Part shown: positions 32,220 through 42,251 of the stretch, piece after piece
Layout: each line of letters starts with the position of its first letter
How positions within the stretch are numbered: the first letter of the stretch is position 1
NCBI GenBank assembly: GCA_025927475.1
Contig: JAICLL010000003.1
Span: forward strand, 33,857-97,856
From: Pirellulales bacterium
GTDB taxonomy: Bacteria > Planctomycetota > Planctomycetia > Pirellulales > JAICIG01
Direction of reading: 5' to 3'
DNA: 64,000 nt
Position numbers and translations under genes: made by a program
Notes under the pieces: generated by a model
What the model was told of the DNA's origin: nothing
The model's input: the letters and a program-made list of their open reading frames with translations, nothing else
Databases searched by the model: none

Positions 32220-32590
32220 CGTATGCTCGCTGTTCGTTCAACCCTTCGCTCCCCCTCGCTCTCCGTATTGTCGCAGCCAAGTGGCTTGGTCGGTTCTCGC
32301 CGGAAAGCTGCCTCTCCCTGTGTTGTACATCAAAAGTGGCTTGGATAGTTTTCACCCCTGCGAACAAACCGCCGCAATATCGTAACCCATTAAACTCCAG
32401 GTACTTGTGGCGGAAGGCGAATGGGGGGCAGGTTACACGCGCGACTCGAACCGTTGGTCTGGTTAACGGCGGTAAACGGTCCTTTCGCTTCGCCGCCGCT
32501 GACGCTAGCCTAATGACCAGTCGGTACTCCCGCTCCCTGTTCTCCACGTCACCAACCGGCTGTTCGCGGTAACCTTTAGAGATTGAGGCA

Positions 32591-33211
32591 ATGAGCAACG
32601 TGCCCAGCAAAGAACGTTTTGAGGAAGCCTATCAGGGCAAAGCGCCTTGGGACATCGGCCGGCCCCAGCGAGTATTTGTCGAGGCCGCCAACCAGATCAC
32701 CGGCGACCTTCTTGACTCGGGCTGCGGCACCGGCGAGAACGCCTTGTTCTTTGCCGCGCGCGGCCAGCGCGTCACCGGCATCGACTTTCTGGAGCATCCG
32801 ATCGCCGAGGCCAAGCGCAAGGCGCGCGAGCGAGGCCTGACGGCAAATTTCCTGGTGATGGACGCGTTGCACCTCGACGACCTGCCCGAGCAGTACGACT
32901 CGGCCATCGACTGCGGCCTGTTCCACGTTTTTTCCGACGCAGATCGGGCTCGGTATGTGGCGGGCCTGGCCAGCGTGCTCAAGCCGGGCGGCCGCCTGTT
33001 TCTGGCCTGTTTCAGCGACCGGGAACCGCCAGGCGACGGCCCGCGCCGCATCACGCAACAAGAGCTGCGCACGGCATTCTCGCCGAGCTGGGCGATCGAA
33101 ACGATTCGTGAGATTCGCTTCGAGGTCCGGCCCGACCTGACCGACCTGCACTTCTCGCCCGGCGGCCCGCACGCCTGGTTTTGCGTGATTCGCAAGGCAC
33201 AACAGTTTTGA
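32591..33211 (+). CDS. Class I SAM-dependent methyltransferase (TPMT/TehB-like)
   Basis: APWDIGRPQ, LDSGCGTGENA, VTGIDF and DCGLFHVF motifs. Confidence 0.9.
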   Translation: MSNVPSKERFEEAYQGKAPWDIGRPQRVFVEAANQITGDLLDSGCGTGENALFFAARGQRVTGIDFLEHPIAEAKRKARERGLTANFLVMDALHLDDLPEQYDSAIDCGLFHVFSDADRARYVAGLASVLKPGGRLFLACFSDREPPGDGPRRITQQELRTAFSPSWAIETIREIRFEVRPDLTDLHFSPGGPHAWFCVIRKAQQF

Positions 33212-33215
33212 TTAG

Positions 33216-33297
<82 letters not shown>

Positions 33298-33315
33298 AAC
33301 GATTTACGTACTAAA

Positions 33316-33344
33316 AGTTTGGGCCGAATTCGCCGGGGTGTCAA
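33316..33344 (-). promoter_or_regulatory. Sigma70-type promoter for tRNA-Leu
   Basis: TTGACA-17 nt-CAAACT on the minus strand. Confidence 0.6.
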
Positions 33345-33491
33345 CCTGCCTTCTTCGACCCGCCAGGCAGCGTGATCTCGTGTTCCGCTTTAGCTCGCCG
33401 CGAGGGGATCTTCTTTGATAAAGTGGTGCTTAGCGATTCCGCTAGCGAGCGTGGCTAGATTCAACATTGGGAGCCGTGCAGGGCTTGCAGC

Positions 33492-33740
33492 ATGACAAGA
33501 CGAGTCGATGAAATCCTTGCCGAAGCTGACGACCAAACCCTATGCAGCGAAATCTACGACTGGATCGTCGAGCGGCACGGCGATTCTGTCGATCTTTCAA
33601 CGGTCCCCGAACAAGAACGCGTCGTACCGTCAAGGCAGTGCTGCGCCGCGATATGAAAGTGACCGGCTGTTTTGGAAGGCCAGTGAGACGATCCACCTAC
33701 CGTTGGCAACTTACGTGCGTGCGCATCGGGATGCGTTTCT
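33492..33740 (+). pseudogene. Probable internally deleted DUF4375/DMP19-like remnant
   Basis: One frame gives MTRRVDEILAEADDQTLCSEIYDWIVERHGDSVDLSTVPEQERVV. A second frame gives DRLFWKASETIHLPLATYVRAHRDAF, resembling the family C-terminus. The central NGGF segment is absent. Confidence 0.45.
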
Positions 33741-33765
33741 CAACGCAGCGCCGGCCGGCCACACG

Positions 33766-34416
33766 ATGGCATCCACGGTGCCGACCCAACGCGGCTCGTC
33801 AGGAAGGCGCACGCCCGGCCGACGCGACAAAACCACACTGCGGGATCGGATTGCGGCGTTGCCCCACTGGGCCCGGGTGACGCTCGCGGCGCGCTGTGCG
33901 CGATTGACCCTGCCGGAGTTTCGGCGGGCTTGGCCCGATGCGCTGCCAAAGCGGCTGACAACGGTGCAGCGTTGCCTCGCCGCGGCGGACCAATCGGCAT
34001 CGCAGGGCCGTCGCTGCGCAGACCTTCAAGAATTGACGACGGATGCGGGCATGGTCGTCGGCGCTGCGATCATCGGCTTATCTGGCAGCCCGTTTGAGGA
34101 CGATGACGAGCCCCGTCCTGTGGATGGCAATCTAGCCGTGATTGCTTCGAAGGCGGCGCGCGTGGCACTTATGGCGGCGGAAGCCGCGCACAACGGTGCT
34201 GAAAAATCGGCCAGCTACGCCGCCGAAGCCGTTTCGGGCACCATCGACCTCTCCGAAATGATCGAAAGCAAAAAAATCCAGCGACGCGTGGCACAAGCGG
34301 TCAACGACCTGGAGCGCGAAGCCGCGCAACAGCGATGGACGGACGAGAGCGCGGTTTCGCCGACCGTGTTCACGAAGCCATCGAAGCCCCGCCGGCCCTG
34401 GTGGAAATTCTGGTGA
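33766..34416 (+). CDS. Ala-rich helical hypothetical protein (Imm5-like) with C-terminal PWWKFW
   Basis: LPHWARVTLAARCARL..W, Ala-rich helices, ends KPRRPWWKFW. Confidence 0.55.
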   Translation: MASTVPTQRGSSGRRTPGRRDKTTLRDRIAALPHWARVTLAARCARLTLPEFRRAWPDALPKRLTTVQRCLAAADQSASQGRRCADLQELTTDAGMVVGAAIIGLSGSPFEDDDEPRPVDGNLAVIASKAARVALMAAEAAHNGAEKSASYAAEAVSGTIDLSEMIESKKIQRRVAQAVNDLEREAAQQRWTDESAVSPTVFTKPSKPRRPWWKFW

Positions 34417-34428
34417 GCCAGAATGGCA

Positions 34429-35616
34429 TCACCGTGGCGACTCGATCTCTTTCGCCTGCGTGTCGGGCGCGCGCTTCAGCAACTCGCTAAGCTGAAACTC
34501 GTAATACTTCTGCGTCGCCGCGGGTTGGCCATCGGAAGAGGCGTTGGCCACCCAAAGACGAGTGGCGAGCGGCTCGAAAAGTACGTTGTGCAAGTTCGAC
34601 TTCATGGCCACCGGACAATCCATCAGGTGCAAGGCGCTGGCCGCGTCGAGCGAGCCGGCCTGCTCGCGCACCCGCCGGGCAAGCTCCTGATAACGCTTGC
34701 CCGCCGAGAGCAACACCGTGTCGGGCGTCGGCTCCGGCAATCGTGGATGCGATTCGCCCGGCTTCACCACCTCGAACGTGTTCCAATGCGCCGCCAGGCC
34801 CACCGCCTGCCGCTCGTCGCCATCGGCCACCACGTAGTAATACTCGCAGGTGCGCGGCGTGTCGCGGAAAATGCCCACCGCCTCGTCCAGCGTGTGAGCT
34901 TCTTCCAACACCCGCCGCACCAGAAAAGCCATGGGCATGCCGCTCCAGTGGCCGCGTCCGCCGCCGCCCATCTCGCCCACCGAAACGTGCTCGGCGTTCA
35001 TGCCCGTCACCGAACCGATGAAGCCGGCATACGTCACGTTGACAAATGGCACGTGGCCCTCCGGCTCAGCCACGATCAGCACGGCGTGCTCTTGCAGCTT
35101 CCAATCGATCGAGTAGTCGAGCACGCGGCCGTGATACAGCGCGCCATCGCGGGTGGCGCCGTTCATCACGGCGAAGCCACTGCAATGAAACAATTCGGGA
35201 ATGAAGTTGGCCGCCAGCGCGTCGTCGAGCGAACAGCCGGCGCCATCGGCCAGACCTTGCAGCTCTTCTAAGAATCGCTCGGGCATAAACGGACGCTGCA
35301 CGGCGACGATCGCCGAAATCAACTGCTTGGGATTCAGCCGCACGCCCCAAAGCTCCAGCCGCGCATCTTTGGCCTTCACGTTGAACAGATAGTGCAGGTT
35401 TGCCTGAATGTGGTCTTTCAGCAACGCCCCGTGCTGATAGCCCATGTCATAGGGGCGCCCCTTCAGATGCAGCACGCGGTAGCCGTCGATTTCTTCTAAG
35501 AAGCCAGTGCCACAGCGGGCCACGGTCTGCGCCGCGGCTAGCCCAGTTGCCAACAGCAGAAAGGCTATCGCGGCAATGGTTCGCACAAATGCGGCGGGGA
35601 AATATTGCGATCGCAT
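34429..35616 (-). CDS. Secreted C45-family Ntn-hydrolase (acyltransferase/peptidase)
   Basis: Signal peptide; LKGRPYDMGYQHG, EELQGLADG, autocleavage FH|CSGFA, HGRVLDY and TGMNAEHVSVG motifs. Confidence 0.85.
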   Translation of the reverse strand: MRSQYFPAAFVRTIAAIAFLLLATGLAAAQTVARCGTGFLEEIDGYRVLHLKGRPYDMGYQHGALLKDHIQANLHYLFNVKAKDARLELWGVRLNPKQLISAIVAVQRPFMPERFLEELQGLADGAGCSLDDALAANFIPELFHCSGFAVMNGATRDGALYHGRVLDYSIDWKLQEHAVLIVAEPEGHVPFVNVTYAGFIGSVTGMNAEHVSVGEMGGGGRGHWSGMPMAFLVRRVLEEAHTLDEAVGIFRDTPRTCEYYYVVADGDERQAVGLAAHWNTFEVVKPGESHPRLPEPTPDTVLLSAGKRYQELARRVREQAGSLDAASALHLMDCPVAMKSNLHNVLFEPLATRLWVANASSDGQPAATQKYYEFQLSELLKRAPDTQAKEIESPR

Positions 35617-35751
35617 GAGACGGCTCCTGGGGCGTTGCTACCTAGCGACCGCAATTATAGCGAAGAAGCCGTGCACGCCCCTAGTGCATTGCCAGCGGCC
35701 CATGGACGCATTTCCCCCTTCGCCGCGATCCGCCGAAGGGCGGGGCAACGC

Positions 35752-35796
35752 TGCGCCGCCCCCCGCGGAACGGCACGGGGTCCGTTCCCTACAGAC
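35752..35796 (-). repeat. REP family A copy
   Basis: GCGCCGCCCCCCGCGGAACGGCACGGGGTCCGTTCCCTACAGAC. Confidence 0.8.
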
Positions 35797-35840
35797 CCTC
35801 TGCCAAGGTGCTATCCATTTCAATTGCCGAAACCCATCAA

Positions 35841-38495
35841 TTACCGCCGGGCGGTAGATTTCCAGCCGCTGCCTGCCACGGGGCCTGCGAGCGAATCGGT
35901 CGCGCGAAAAGCAGACGGCGACGTTACGGGGCTGCCGCGCCGCTCAGCGGCCAACCATTGATCCGAGCCGGCGCGGCGGGCTTGCTCGCCGCCGGGCGGA
36001 GCAAACAGCGGCCCGCTGGCTTGCTCGCCGCTGGGTTCGGGCGGCTCGGGCGCCGAAAGCTCCTCTTCCGTTCCGGCCCCGTCGCCCAAGCCGTCCTCAC
36101 CCGCCTCCGCTTGCTCGCTCATGCCCGCCGACTCGTCATCCACGCCGCCGCCGAGGCCAGCCGCCGCCTCGTCGGCTGGCAAATCGCTGCCGCCCGACGG
36201 GTCCCACGATGCACCGCGAGGGCGGATCGCGTCGGCATCGGGCATCAGCTCGCCGCCATCGTCAAGTGTCGGCATGCGGAAGTCTTCGGGGAGGTCGCTT
36301 TCCGGGTTCGGCGGCGGAACCTCTTCCATCGCCGGGCCGCGGTCGGCGCCTTGTGACATGTTGGGATCGGGGATCGGCCGCAGACCCGCTCCGCCTTCTT
36401 CCGTGGTCGTTGCCTTGGTTTCAAACCGCTGCCCGGGCTGATCCATCTGCTGCGGCATCGCGCCGCGGCTGATGACGTTGGGCCGCGTAAAACCATAGTT
36501 GATGTAGTGGGCGGCGTCGCGCTCGCGGGCACGCTTGCGGGCGTCGAAATACGCCTTGGCCGGCCATGGTCCTTCGGCCAACATAATGCCGTTGTACTCC
36601 AGCAGCGAATTCTTGCGGTAATGGACCTGCAAGATGGCCACGTTGTAATCAACCAGCGCGCGGTAATAGGCGATTTCGGCGTCGGCCAAGCGCCGCTGAG
36701 CGTCGAGCAGCATATCGACGGTCGCGGTGCCGGCATTGTACGCCGCCTCGACGGCTTCGACCTGCGCCTGCGCCGCCACACGGCGGTTGAACGTGGTGCG
36801 GCTCACCTGGTAGTTTCGATCGAGATCGCGGATGGAGTTCGTGAGCACATGTGAAAGCTCCAGCTCCTGGTCCTGCAAAAACGCCCGCGACTGGGCCAAG
36901 ATCAACTCTGCGTTGCGCACACCGGCCATCGCCAGGCGGAAACCGATGGGAATGGTCAGGTTCAAGCCCAACTGCCATTCCTGGTAAGTGCCGTTGAACA
37001 AGGTGTTTGTGGCGCCCGAGCCGTTCGACGCACCCCGGATGGCCGACGGTTGATATGCAATGCCGTTGTAATTGACCAGTTGATCGCCGAAGCCGCGCCA
37101 GCGATAGAGAGCCTGGGTATCGAGCCGCGGCAATAGGTAATTGCGCGAGGCAATCAGCTTTAGCTCGTTCTGCTTCACCACCCACCGCTGCCGCCGCAAT
37201 TCGACGCTACGGGTCAGGCCTTCGGTGAGCACTTCATTCCAGTCGAAACGCACCAACGCAGTGGTCGGCTCATCCGACGGGCGAATCAGGCGGCCATCAG
37301 TAGGCGCCAGGCCCATCATGTAACGCAGTCGGCTCTCGGCGGTATACAGCAGCCCGAGAGTGTTCTCGACCTGTGCTCGGAACAAGAAGTACTGCTCGCG
37401 GGCCTGGGCCTCGCGTTCGGCTTCGCCGCCCTTCACGCCCTCGATATAGAGGGCGTAGACTTTTCGCCAGCTTTGCAGGGCACTGTCGCGACCCGCCTGC
37501 ACGGCGTTCAGGTTGCGGTAATTATAGTAGAGGTCCCAGTAAGCACGTTCGACGTCGCTGACCATGGCCCGCACGCCGGCCTCGAAGTCGGCCAGGGCGA
37601 TATCGACGTTGATGCGGGCCAGGATGACGCCGTTGTAAGTGCCGGGCAAGCTGTTGGGGTTCACCAGCGGGCCGTTGACGCCCTGACCGGCAAATACGCC
37701 GTTGGTGCTGTTCGGGCCGGCAATGCGGTTAAATTCGACGCCAGCCCCTTGCAACAATGGGTGCCGAAACTCAGCTTCGATGTCGGTATTGAACGCGCTG
37801 TGGAACTGGTTGTTCTGATTGTTGTTCTGATCGTAAATCACGTGCTCGCGCAAGAAGGTTCGCGTGCCGGTGGCCGTCACTTTGCCGATTTCCGATTGTT
37901 GCTGGGCAAACTCTTGCAAGAACACTTGCGGCGTAAATCCCTGCAAAAACAAGTTCTGCGGTCGGTCGTTCTTTTGCCAAAACATCTGGCTGTTGTACTG
38001 GGCGTCGAACTGGCTCAGAGCGGCCTCGACACCGTTGGCCGTGTTCGATTCCTGGATGGCCGGGTTGTAAATGGTTTGGCTGGTCTGAGCGGTGCCCAAG
38101 CTTTGGCCATTTTGGTTCTGCCCTTGCGTCTGCAAGAGCACGCCGGTCGGGGCGATCGTCTGGTTCGAGGCCGGCAAGCCAGGCGTGAAAAGCAAACCGC
38201 CCAAGTTGCGCAGCACCTTGCTGTTGGCCAGGGCGGTCTTCATGGCCTCTTCGAGCGAAACATCCCAGATCTCCTGGACCTCGGGGTTGCTCAGGGTCAG
38301 CGGGTCTTTGGCTTTGGCAACGTCGGCAATGCGGTCGCTTTCGGCATCGGGGTACTCCAACTCGGTGGCCATCGCGCGATAGTGCGATAAGTCCTTGTCT
38401 TCAAACAAGTAAATGGGCTGCGTGGGCCTGCAGCCGGTGACGAGCGTCGCCACGCAGGTCATCATCGCCACGATTGAGCGAAGTCGCCGGGTCAT
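35841..38495 (-). CDS. Planctomycete-type TolC/outer-membrane efflux lipoprotein
   Basis: Lipobox LVTGC; SLEEAMKTALANS, VERAYWDL, LLPRLD and DMLLDAQRRLADAE motifs; long acidic Pro-rich tail. The ORF-track 5' extension is a shadow of glyQS and repeats. Confidence 0.88.
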   Translation of the reverse strand: MTRRLRSIVAMMTCVATLVTGCRPTQPIYLFEDKDLSHYRAMATELEYPDAESDRIADVAKAKDPLTLSNPEVQEIWDVSLEEAMKTALANSKVLRNLGGLLFTPGLPASNQTIAPTGVLLQTQGQNQNGQSLGTAQTSQTIYNPAIQESNTANGVEAALSQFDAQYNSQMFWQKNDRPQNLFLQGFTPQVFLQEFAQQQSEIGKVTATGTRTFLREHVIYDQNNNQNNQFHSAFNTDIEAEFRHPLLQGAGVEFNRIAGPNSTNGVFAGQGVNGPLVNPNSLPGTYNGVILARINVDIALADFEAGVRAMVSDVERAYWDLYYNYRNLNAVQAGRDSALQSWRKVYALYIEGVKGGEAEREAQAREQYFLFRAQVENTLGLLYTAESRLRYMMGLAPTDGRLIRPSDEPTTALVRFDWNEVLTEGLTRSVELRRQRWVVKQNELKLIASRNYLLPRLDTQALYRWRGFGDQLVNYNGIAYQPSAIRGASNGSGATNTLFNGTYQEWQLGLNLTIPIGFRLAMAGVRNAELILAQSRAFLQDQELELSHVLTNSIRDLDRNYQVSRTTFNRRVAAQAQVEAVEAAYNAGTATVDMLLDAQRRLADAEIAYYRALVDYNVAILQVHYRKNSLLEYNGIMLAEGPWPAKAYFDARKRARERDAAHYINYGFTRPNVISRGAMPQQMDQPGQRFETKATTTEEGGAGLRPIPDPNMSQGADRGPAMEEVPPPNPESDLPEDFRMPTLDDGGELMPDADAIRPRGASWDPSGGSDLPADEAAAGLGGGVDDESAGMSEQAEAGEDGLGDGAGTEEELSAPEPPEPSGEQASGPLFAPPGGEQARRAGSDQWLAAERRGSPVTSPSAFRATDSLAGPVAGSGWKSTARR

Positions 38496-38821
38496 TCGAT
38501 CGCGTCCTAGCTTCCGCAGATACTTGGCCTGGCGCGCGGCGGGCGCAACGCAGGCGGAATATTCAGCAAAGCTTGTATCGGCGCTACAATCGGTAAACTT
38601 CGGCGATTCTTCGCAACCGGCAACCATCCGCACGGCGCCCCAGATGCCGCAGCTTGCCGGGGCTGCGGCGAGTGTGGCAAAAGGTTGCGGCACCCGTAGG
38701 GCGACCTCCTTGATCGCCCACCCTGGAGATTTGACTCCGCCTGGATGACCTAGGAAGGTCATCCTACGCGCCGATCCCCATGTCGCCCCGCCTTTCCGCG
38801 GCGTTGGGCCGGAGCGACGTC

Positions 38822-38865
38822 GCGCCGCCCCTCGCGGAACGGCACGGAGTCCGTTCCCTACAGAC
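38822..38865 (-). repeat. REP family A copy
   Basis: GCGCCGCCCCTCGCGGAACGGCACGGAGTCCGTTCCCTACAGAC. Confidence 0.82.
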
Positions 38866-38905
38866 CCCGGCCAGTGTGGCGGAGCCGGCGCCAGAACATT
38901 CCCGG

Positions 38906-39024
38906 TTTTGACTTTTGCATTTTGCATTTTGACTTTCTTCCTGATGAATGCTGCGGGATCGCGGGGCGTGCTGGCCGCCACGGGGAAGTCAAAATGCAAA
39001 ATGCAAAAGTCAAAATGCAAAAGT
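38906..39024. repeat. AT-rich heptamer arrays forming a 30-bp perfect inverted repeat
   Basis: TTTTGACTTTTGCATTTTGCATTTTGACTT (38906-38935) pairs with AAGTCAAAATGCAAAATGCAAAAGTCAAAA (38986-39015). Confidence 0.85.
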
Positions 39025-39089
39025 GGTGTGAACCGACGGTCACAGGCCCGTAGACCACCCCTGGCCCCCGGCGGTAAACTGGCGGAACT

Positions 39090-40715
39090 ATGGAAATGGA
39101 AAAACTGGTTTCGCTCTGCAAACGGCGGGGCTTTTTGTTTCAGTCGAGCGACATTTACGGCGGCCTGAATGGCTTCTGGGACTACGGGCCGCTGGGCGTC
39201 GAGCTGAAGCGCAACATCAAAGAAGCCTGGTGGCGCGACATGGTCACCGGTCACGACGAACTGGCGGCGCCCGCCGGCGCGCCGACCGCCTACCAAATGG
39301 TCGGCCTCGATTGCACCATCATCATGCACCCGCAGATCTGGAAATGCTCGGGCCACTACGACCTGTTTCACGATTTCATGGTCGATTGCCGCGAGTCGAA
39401 GAAACGCTACCGCCACGACCAGGTGCGCGGCCGCTGGCTGACCGCCAAGGGACAGCGGATTTTCGCCGCCACCGAGTCCGGCGGGGCCGACGGCAAAGGC
39501 GAACAGGAATACATCGAGGCTAAGGCGCTGAAGTTTTTCAACCTGAGAGCCAAAGACGCCGGGCAACTGGCTTGGGAAGGCGAACTGCTCAGCCTGACGC
39601 AAGTGCCCGACTTCGCCCAGGTGCTCGCTCCCGACGCCAAAGAGCTGGGCACGCTGACGCCGCCGCGCGAGTTCAACTTGATGTTCAAGACCTATGTGGG
39701 CGCGCTGAGCGGCGAAGAGGGCGCGGCGTTCTTGCGGCCCGAGACGGCGCAAGGCATTTTTGCGAATTTCAAGAACGTGGTCGATAGCTCGCGCGTCGCC
39801 ATTCCGTTTGGCATCGCCCAGATGGGCAAGAGCTTTCGCAACGAGATCACGCCGCGGAATTTTACGTTCCGCTCGCGGGAGTTCGAGCAGATGGAGATCG
39901 AGTTTTTCTGCCATCCGCGGCAATCGCCCGAGTGGTATCAATATTGGCGCGACCGACGCTATCGTTGGTATCTCGAGCTGGGTTTGGCCGGCGACCGGCT
40001 GCGGCTGCGCGACCATCATTCGGAAGAGCTAAGCCATTATTCCTGCGGCACGGCGGACATTGAATATGCGTTTCCGTTTTTGGCGCCAGGCGATTTTGGC
40101 GAGTTGGAGGGCATCGCCCACCGCGGCGATTTTGACTTGCGCAGCCACATGGAAGGCAAGCTGGTGCGGCAAGGCAATGAGCTGGTGGTCGAGCTGGATG
40201 CCGAGGGCAAGCCGCGGCACCGTGGCAGCGGCAAAGACCTGTCGTACTTTGACGATGAGACGCGCGAGCGGTACGTGCCGCACGTGATCGAACCGTCGGC
40301 GGGGGCCGATCGGGCGGCGTTGGCGTTTTTGTGCGAAGCCTATCAAGAAGACGAAGTGCCCGACGAGCATGGCAAGCCGCGGGCGCGCACCTTTCTGCGG
40401 CTGCACCCGCGGTTGGCGCCGGTCAAGGCGGCGGTGTTTCCGCTGGTGAAAAAGGATGGCATGCCCGAAGCGGCCCAGAAGATTTATCGCGCTCTCAAGC
40501 CGCACTTCAACGTGTTCTATGACGAGAAGGGCGCGGTGGGGCGGCGTTATGCTCGGCAAGACGAGGTGGGCACGCCGTTTTGCATTACGGTGGACGGGCA
40601 GACGCTCACCGACGGCACCGTGACCATCCGCGACCGCGACACGCTGCGCCAGTGGCGCGTGAAGGCGGATGACTGCGTAGACGAGATCCGCAAGGGCCTG
40701 GCCGCGAGTGGCTAG
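39090..40715 (+). CDS. glyQS: Glycine--tRNA ligase (alpha2 type)
   Basis: KRRGF..YGG..DYGPLG, FNLMF, LRPETAQGIF, FRNEITP..FRSREFEQME, IEPSAG and RRYARQDEVGTP motifs. Confidence 0.97.
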   Translation: MEMEKLVSLCKRRGFLFQSSDIYGGLNGFWDYGPLGVELKRNIKEAWWRDMVTGHDELAAPAGAPTAYQMVGLDCTIIMHPQIWKCSGHYDLFHDFMVDCRESKKRYRHDQVRGRWLTAKGQRIFAATESGGADGKGEQEYIEAKALKFFNLRAKDAGQLAWEGELLSLTQVPDFAQVLAPDAKELGTLTPPREFNLMFKTYVGALSGEEGAAFLRPETAQGIFANFKNVVDSSRVAIPFGIAQMGKSFRNEITPRNFTFRSREFEQMEIEFFCHPRQSPEWYQYWRDRRYRWYLELGLAGDRLRLRDHHSEELSHYSCGTADIEYAFPFLAPGDFGELEGIAHRGDFDLRSHMEGKLVRQGNELVVELDAEGKPRHRGSGKDLSYFDDETRERYVPHVIEPSAGADRAALAFLCEAYQEDEVPDEHGKPRARTFLRLHPRLAPVKAAVFPLVKKDGMPEAAQKIYRALKPHFNVFYDEKGAVGRRYARQDEVGTPFCITVDGQTLTDGTVTIRDRDTLRQWRVKADDCVDEIRKGLAASG

Positions 40716-40790
40716 TGGTTAGTGGCTGGTGGCTGGTGGTTAGTGGCTAGTGGCTAGTGGCTAGTGGCAGAGCCTTGGCGATGCCCCGGT
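40707..40790 (+). repeat. 9 x heptamer (RGTGGYT) array overlapping the glyQS stop, followed by a family E repeat
   Basis: AGTGGCT AGTGGTT AGTGGCT GGTGGCT GGTGGTT (AGTGGCT)3 AGTGGCA, running into GGCAGAGCCTTGGCGATGCCCCGG. Confidence 0.85.
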
Positions 40791-40874
40791 GGATCTCTTC
40801 TGACTTGCCCGTATAGACCGATGACCGGCTTGGCGATCGGTATCGGCCTGCCGATCATCCGCGCGGTGATTGTC

Positions 40875-40883
40875 TGCTATAAT
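40875..40883 (+). promoter_or_regulatory. Extended -10 promoter for the Uma2 triplet
   Basis: TGcTATAAT about 50 nt upstream of the first Uma2 ATG. Confidence 0.6.
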
Positions 40884-40934
40884 ATCTATTGCCATGTCGA
40901 AGCCCCGTAATTCAAGTCGACTTTGATCAAGCTA

Positions 40935-41588
40935 ATGGCAACCGCGCACAGCCCGACTTCTATCCGAACGCTGGCCGACCTCATGACGCGGCTGGGCAAT
41001 CCGCCGCTGGAGCGGGTGCGGTTTCATCCTGCTCCCGGCACGGCGACGTTGCGAGACGTAATTGAAGTTCGCCGGCGCGAAGGGCGAATCTGTGAATTGG
41101 TCGGAGGGGTGCTTTTGGAGAAGCCCATGGGCGACGAGGAGTCGCAGCTAGCGGTCTTTATCGGCGAAATGCTGAACGCCTTTGTCCGCAAGCGCAATTT
41201 GGGCGTCTGCTCGGGCGAAGCCGGCACCAAACAGATCAAGCCGAACATTGTCCGCATTCCCGATGTTTCCTTCACGAGTTGGGACCGCATTCCAGGTCGA
41301 AAGCGATCGAGAAAACCAGTTCCGCGCTTAGTGCCTAACCTGGCGATCGAAATCCTCAGCGCCGGAAACACGCCAGCCGAAATGAAGGCGAAGCGCCAAG
41401 ACTACTTCGACGCAGGCGTTGAACTGGTGTGGGAGATCGACCCCAAGCAGCGGATCGCCACGGTGTATCGCTCGCTGACCGACGTGCGAGTATTGACGGA
41501 AAACGATCGACTCGAAGGGGAGCACGTTTTGCCGGGGTTCGAATTGTCGCTGGCGGAGCTGTTTGGCGAATGGGACCGACAGGGGTAG
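40935..41588 (+). CDS. Uma2 family (DUF820) putative endonuclease, copy 1
   Basis: ELVGGVLLEKPMG, RIPDVSF, LAIEILS and YFDAGVELVWEIDP motifs. Confidence 0.9.
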   Translation: MATAHSPTSIRTLADLMTRLGNPPLERVRFHPAPGTATLRDVIEVRRREGRICELVGGVLLEKPMGDEESQLAVFIGEMLNAFVRKRNLGVCSGEAGTKQIKPNIVRIPDVSFTSWDRIPGRKRSRKPVPRLVPNLAIEILSAGNTPAEMKAKRQDYFDAGVELVWEIDPKQRIATVYRSLTDVRVLTENDRLEGEHVLPGFELSLAELFGEWDRQG

Positions 41589-41593
41589 GAAGC

Positions 41594-42247
41594 ATGGCAA
41601 CAGCGCAAGGTTCGTCTTCCATTCGAACGCTGGCCGACCTGATGACGCGGCTTGGCAATCCGCCGCTCGATCGAGTTCGTTTTCATCCCGCCCCCGGTAC
41701 AGCTACTCTTCGGGACGTGATCGAGGTTCACCGGCGTGAAGGGCGAATCTGCGAATTGGTCGGGGGCGTGTTGTTGGAGAAGGCGATGGGCGAAGAGGAA
41801 TCGCAGCTTGCGGTCTTTGTGGCAGAAATGCTGAATGCCTTTGTGCGCAAGCACAATCTTGGAACGACCGCCGGCCCGGATGGCGCCAAAGAGATCAAGC
41901 TCAAGCTCGTGCGAATTCCTGATGTTTCCTTCACGAGTTGGGACCGCATGCCCGGACGCCGACGAACGAAACGGCGTGTCCCGCGCGTTGTGCCTAATTT
42001 GGCGATCGAAATCCTCAGCCACGGCAACACGCCAGGGGAAATGAAGGCCAAGCGAAAGGACTATTTTGAAGCTGGCGTCGACTTGGTCTGGGAAATCGAT
42101 CCGAAAAGGCGCCGCGTTAAGGTGTATCGTTCGCTCACCGACGTACGCGTATTGACCGAAGACGACCGGCTGGATGGCGAACACGTTTTACCGGGATTTG
42201 AGTTTTCGCTCGCCGAGCTATTCGGCGAACTGGACCGACACGGGTAG
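41594..42247 (+). CDS. Uma2 family putative endonuclease, copy 2
   Basis: Close paralogue of copy 1 with the same motifs. Confidence 0.9.
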   Translation: MATAQGSSSIRTLADLMTRLGNPPLDRVRFHPAPGTATLRDVIEVHRREGRICELVGGVLLEKAMGEEESQLAVFVAEMLNAFVRKHNLGTTAGPDGAKEIKLKLVRIPDVSFTSWDRMPGRRRTKRRVPRVVPNLAIEILSHGNTPGEMKAKRKDYFEAGVDLVWEIDPKRRRVKVYRSLTDVRVLTEDDRLDGEHVLPGFEFSLAELFGELDRHG

Positions 42248-42251
42248 GAAA

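Noticed and set aside
32443-32452. GACTCGAACC as a tRNA-Leu att-site duplication
   Set aside because: Only 10 bp of the T arm match, the acceptor-stem part does not match, and no integrase is nearby.
38870-39089. T-box riboswitch upstream of glyQS
   Set aside because: No T-box consensus or terminator is visible, and a -10 box lies directly before the ATG.
38496-40019. 1392-aa version of the TolC ORF
   Set aside because: The extension is the antisense shadow of glyQS plus REP and heptamer sequence. The lipoprotein signal starts at 38495.
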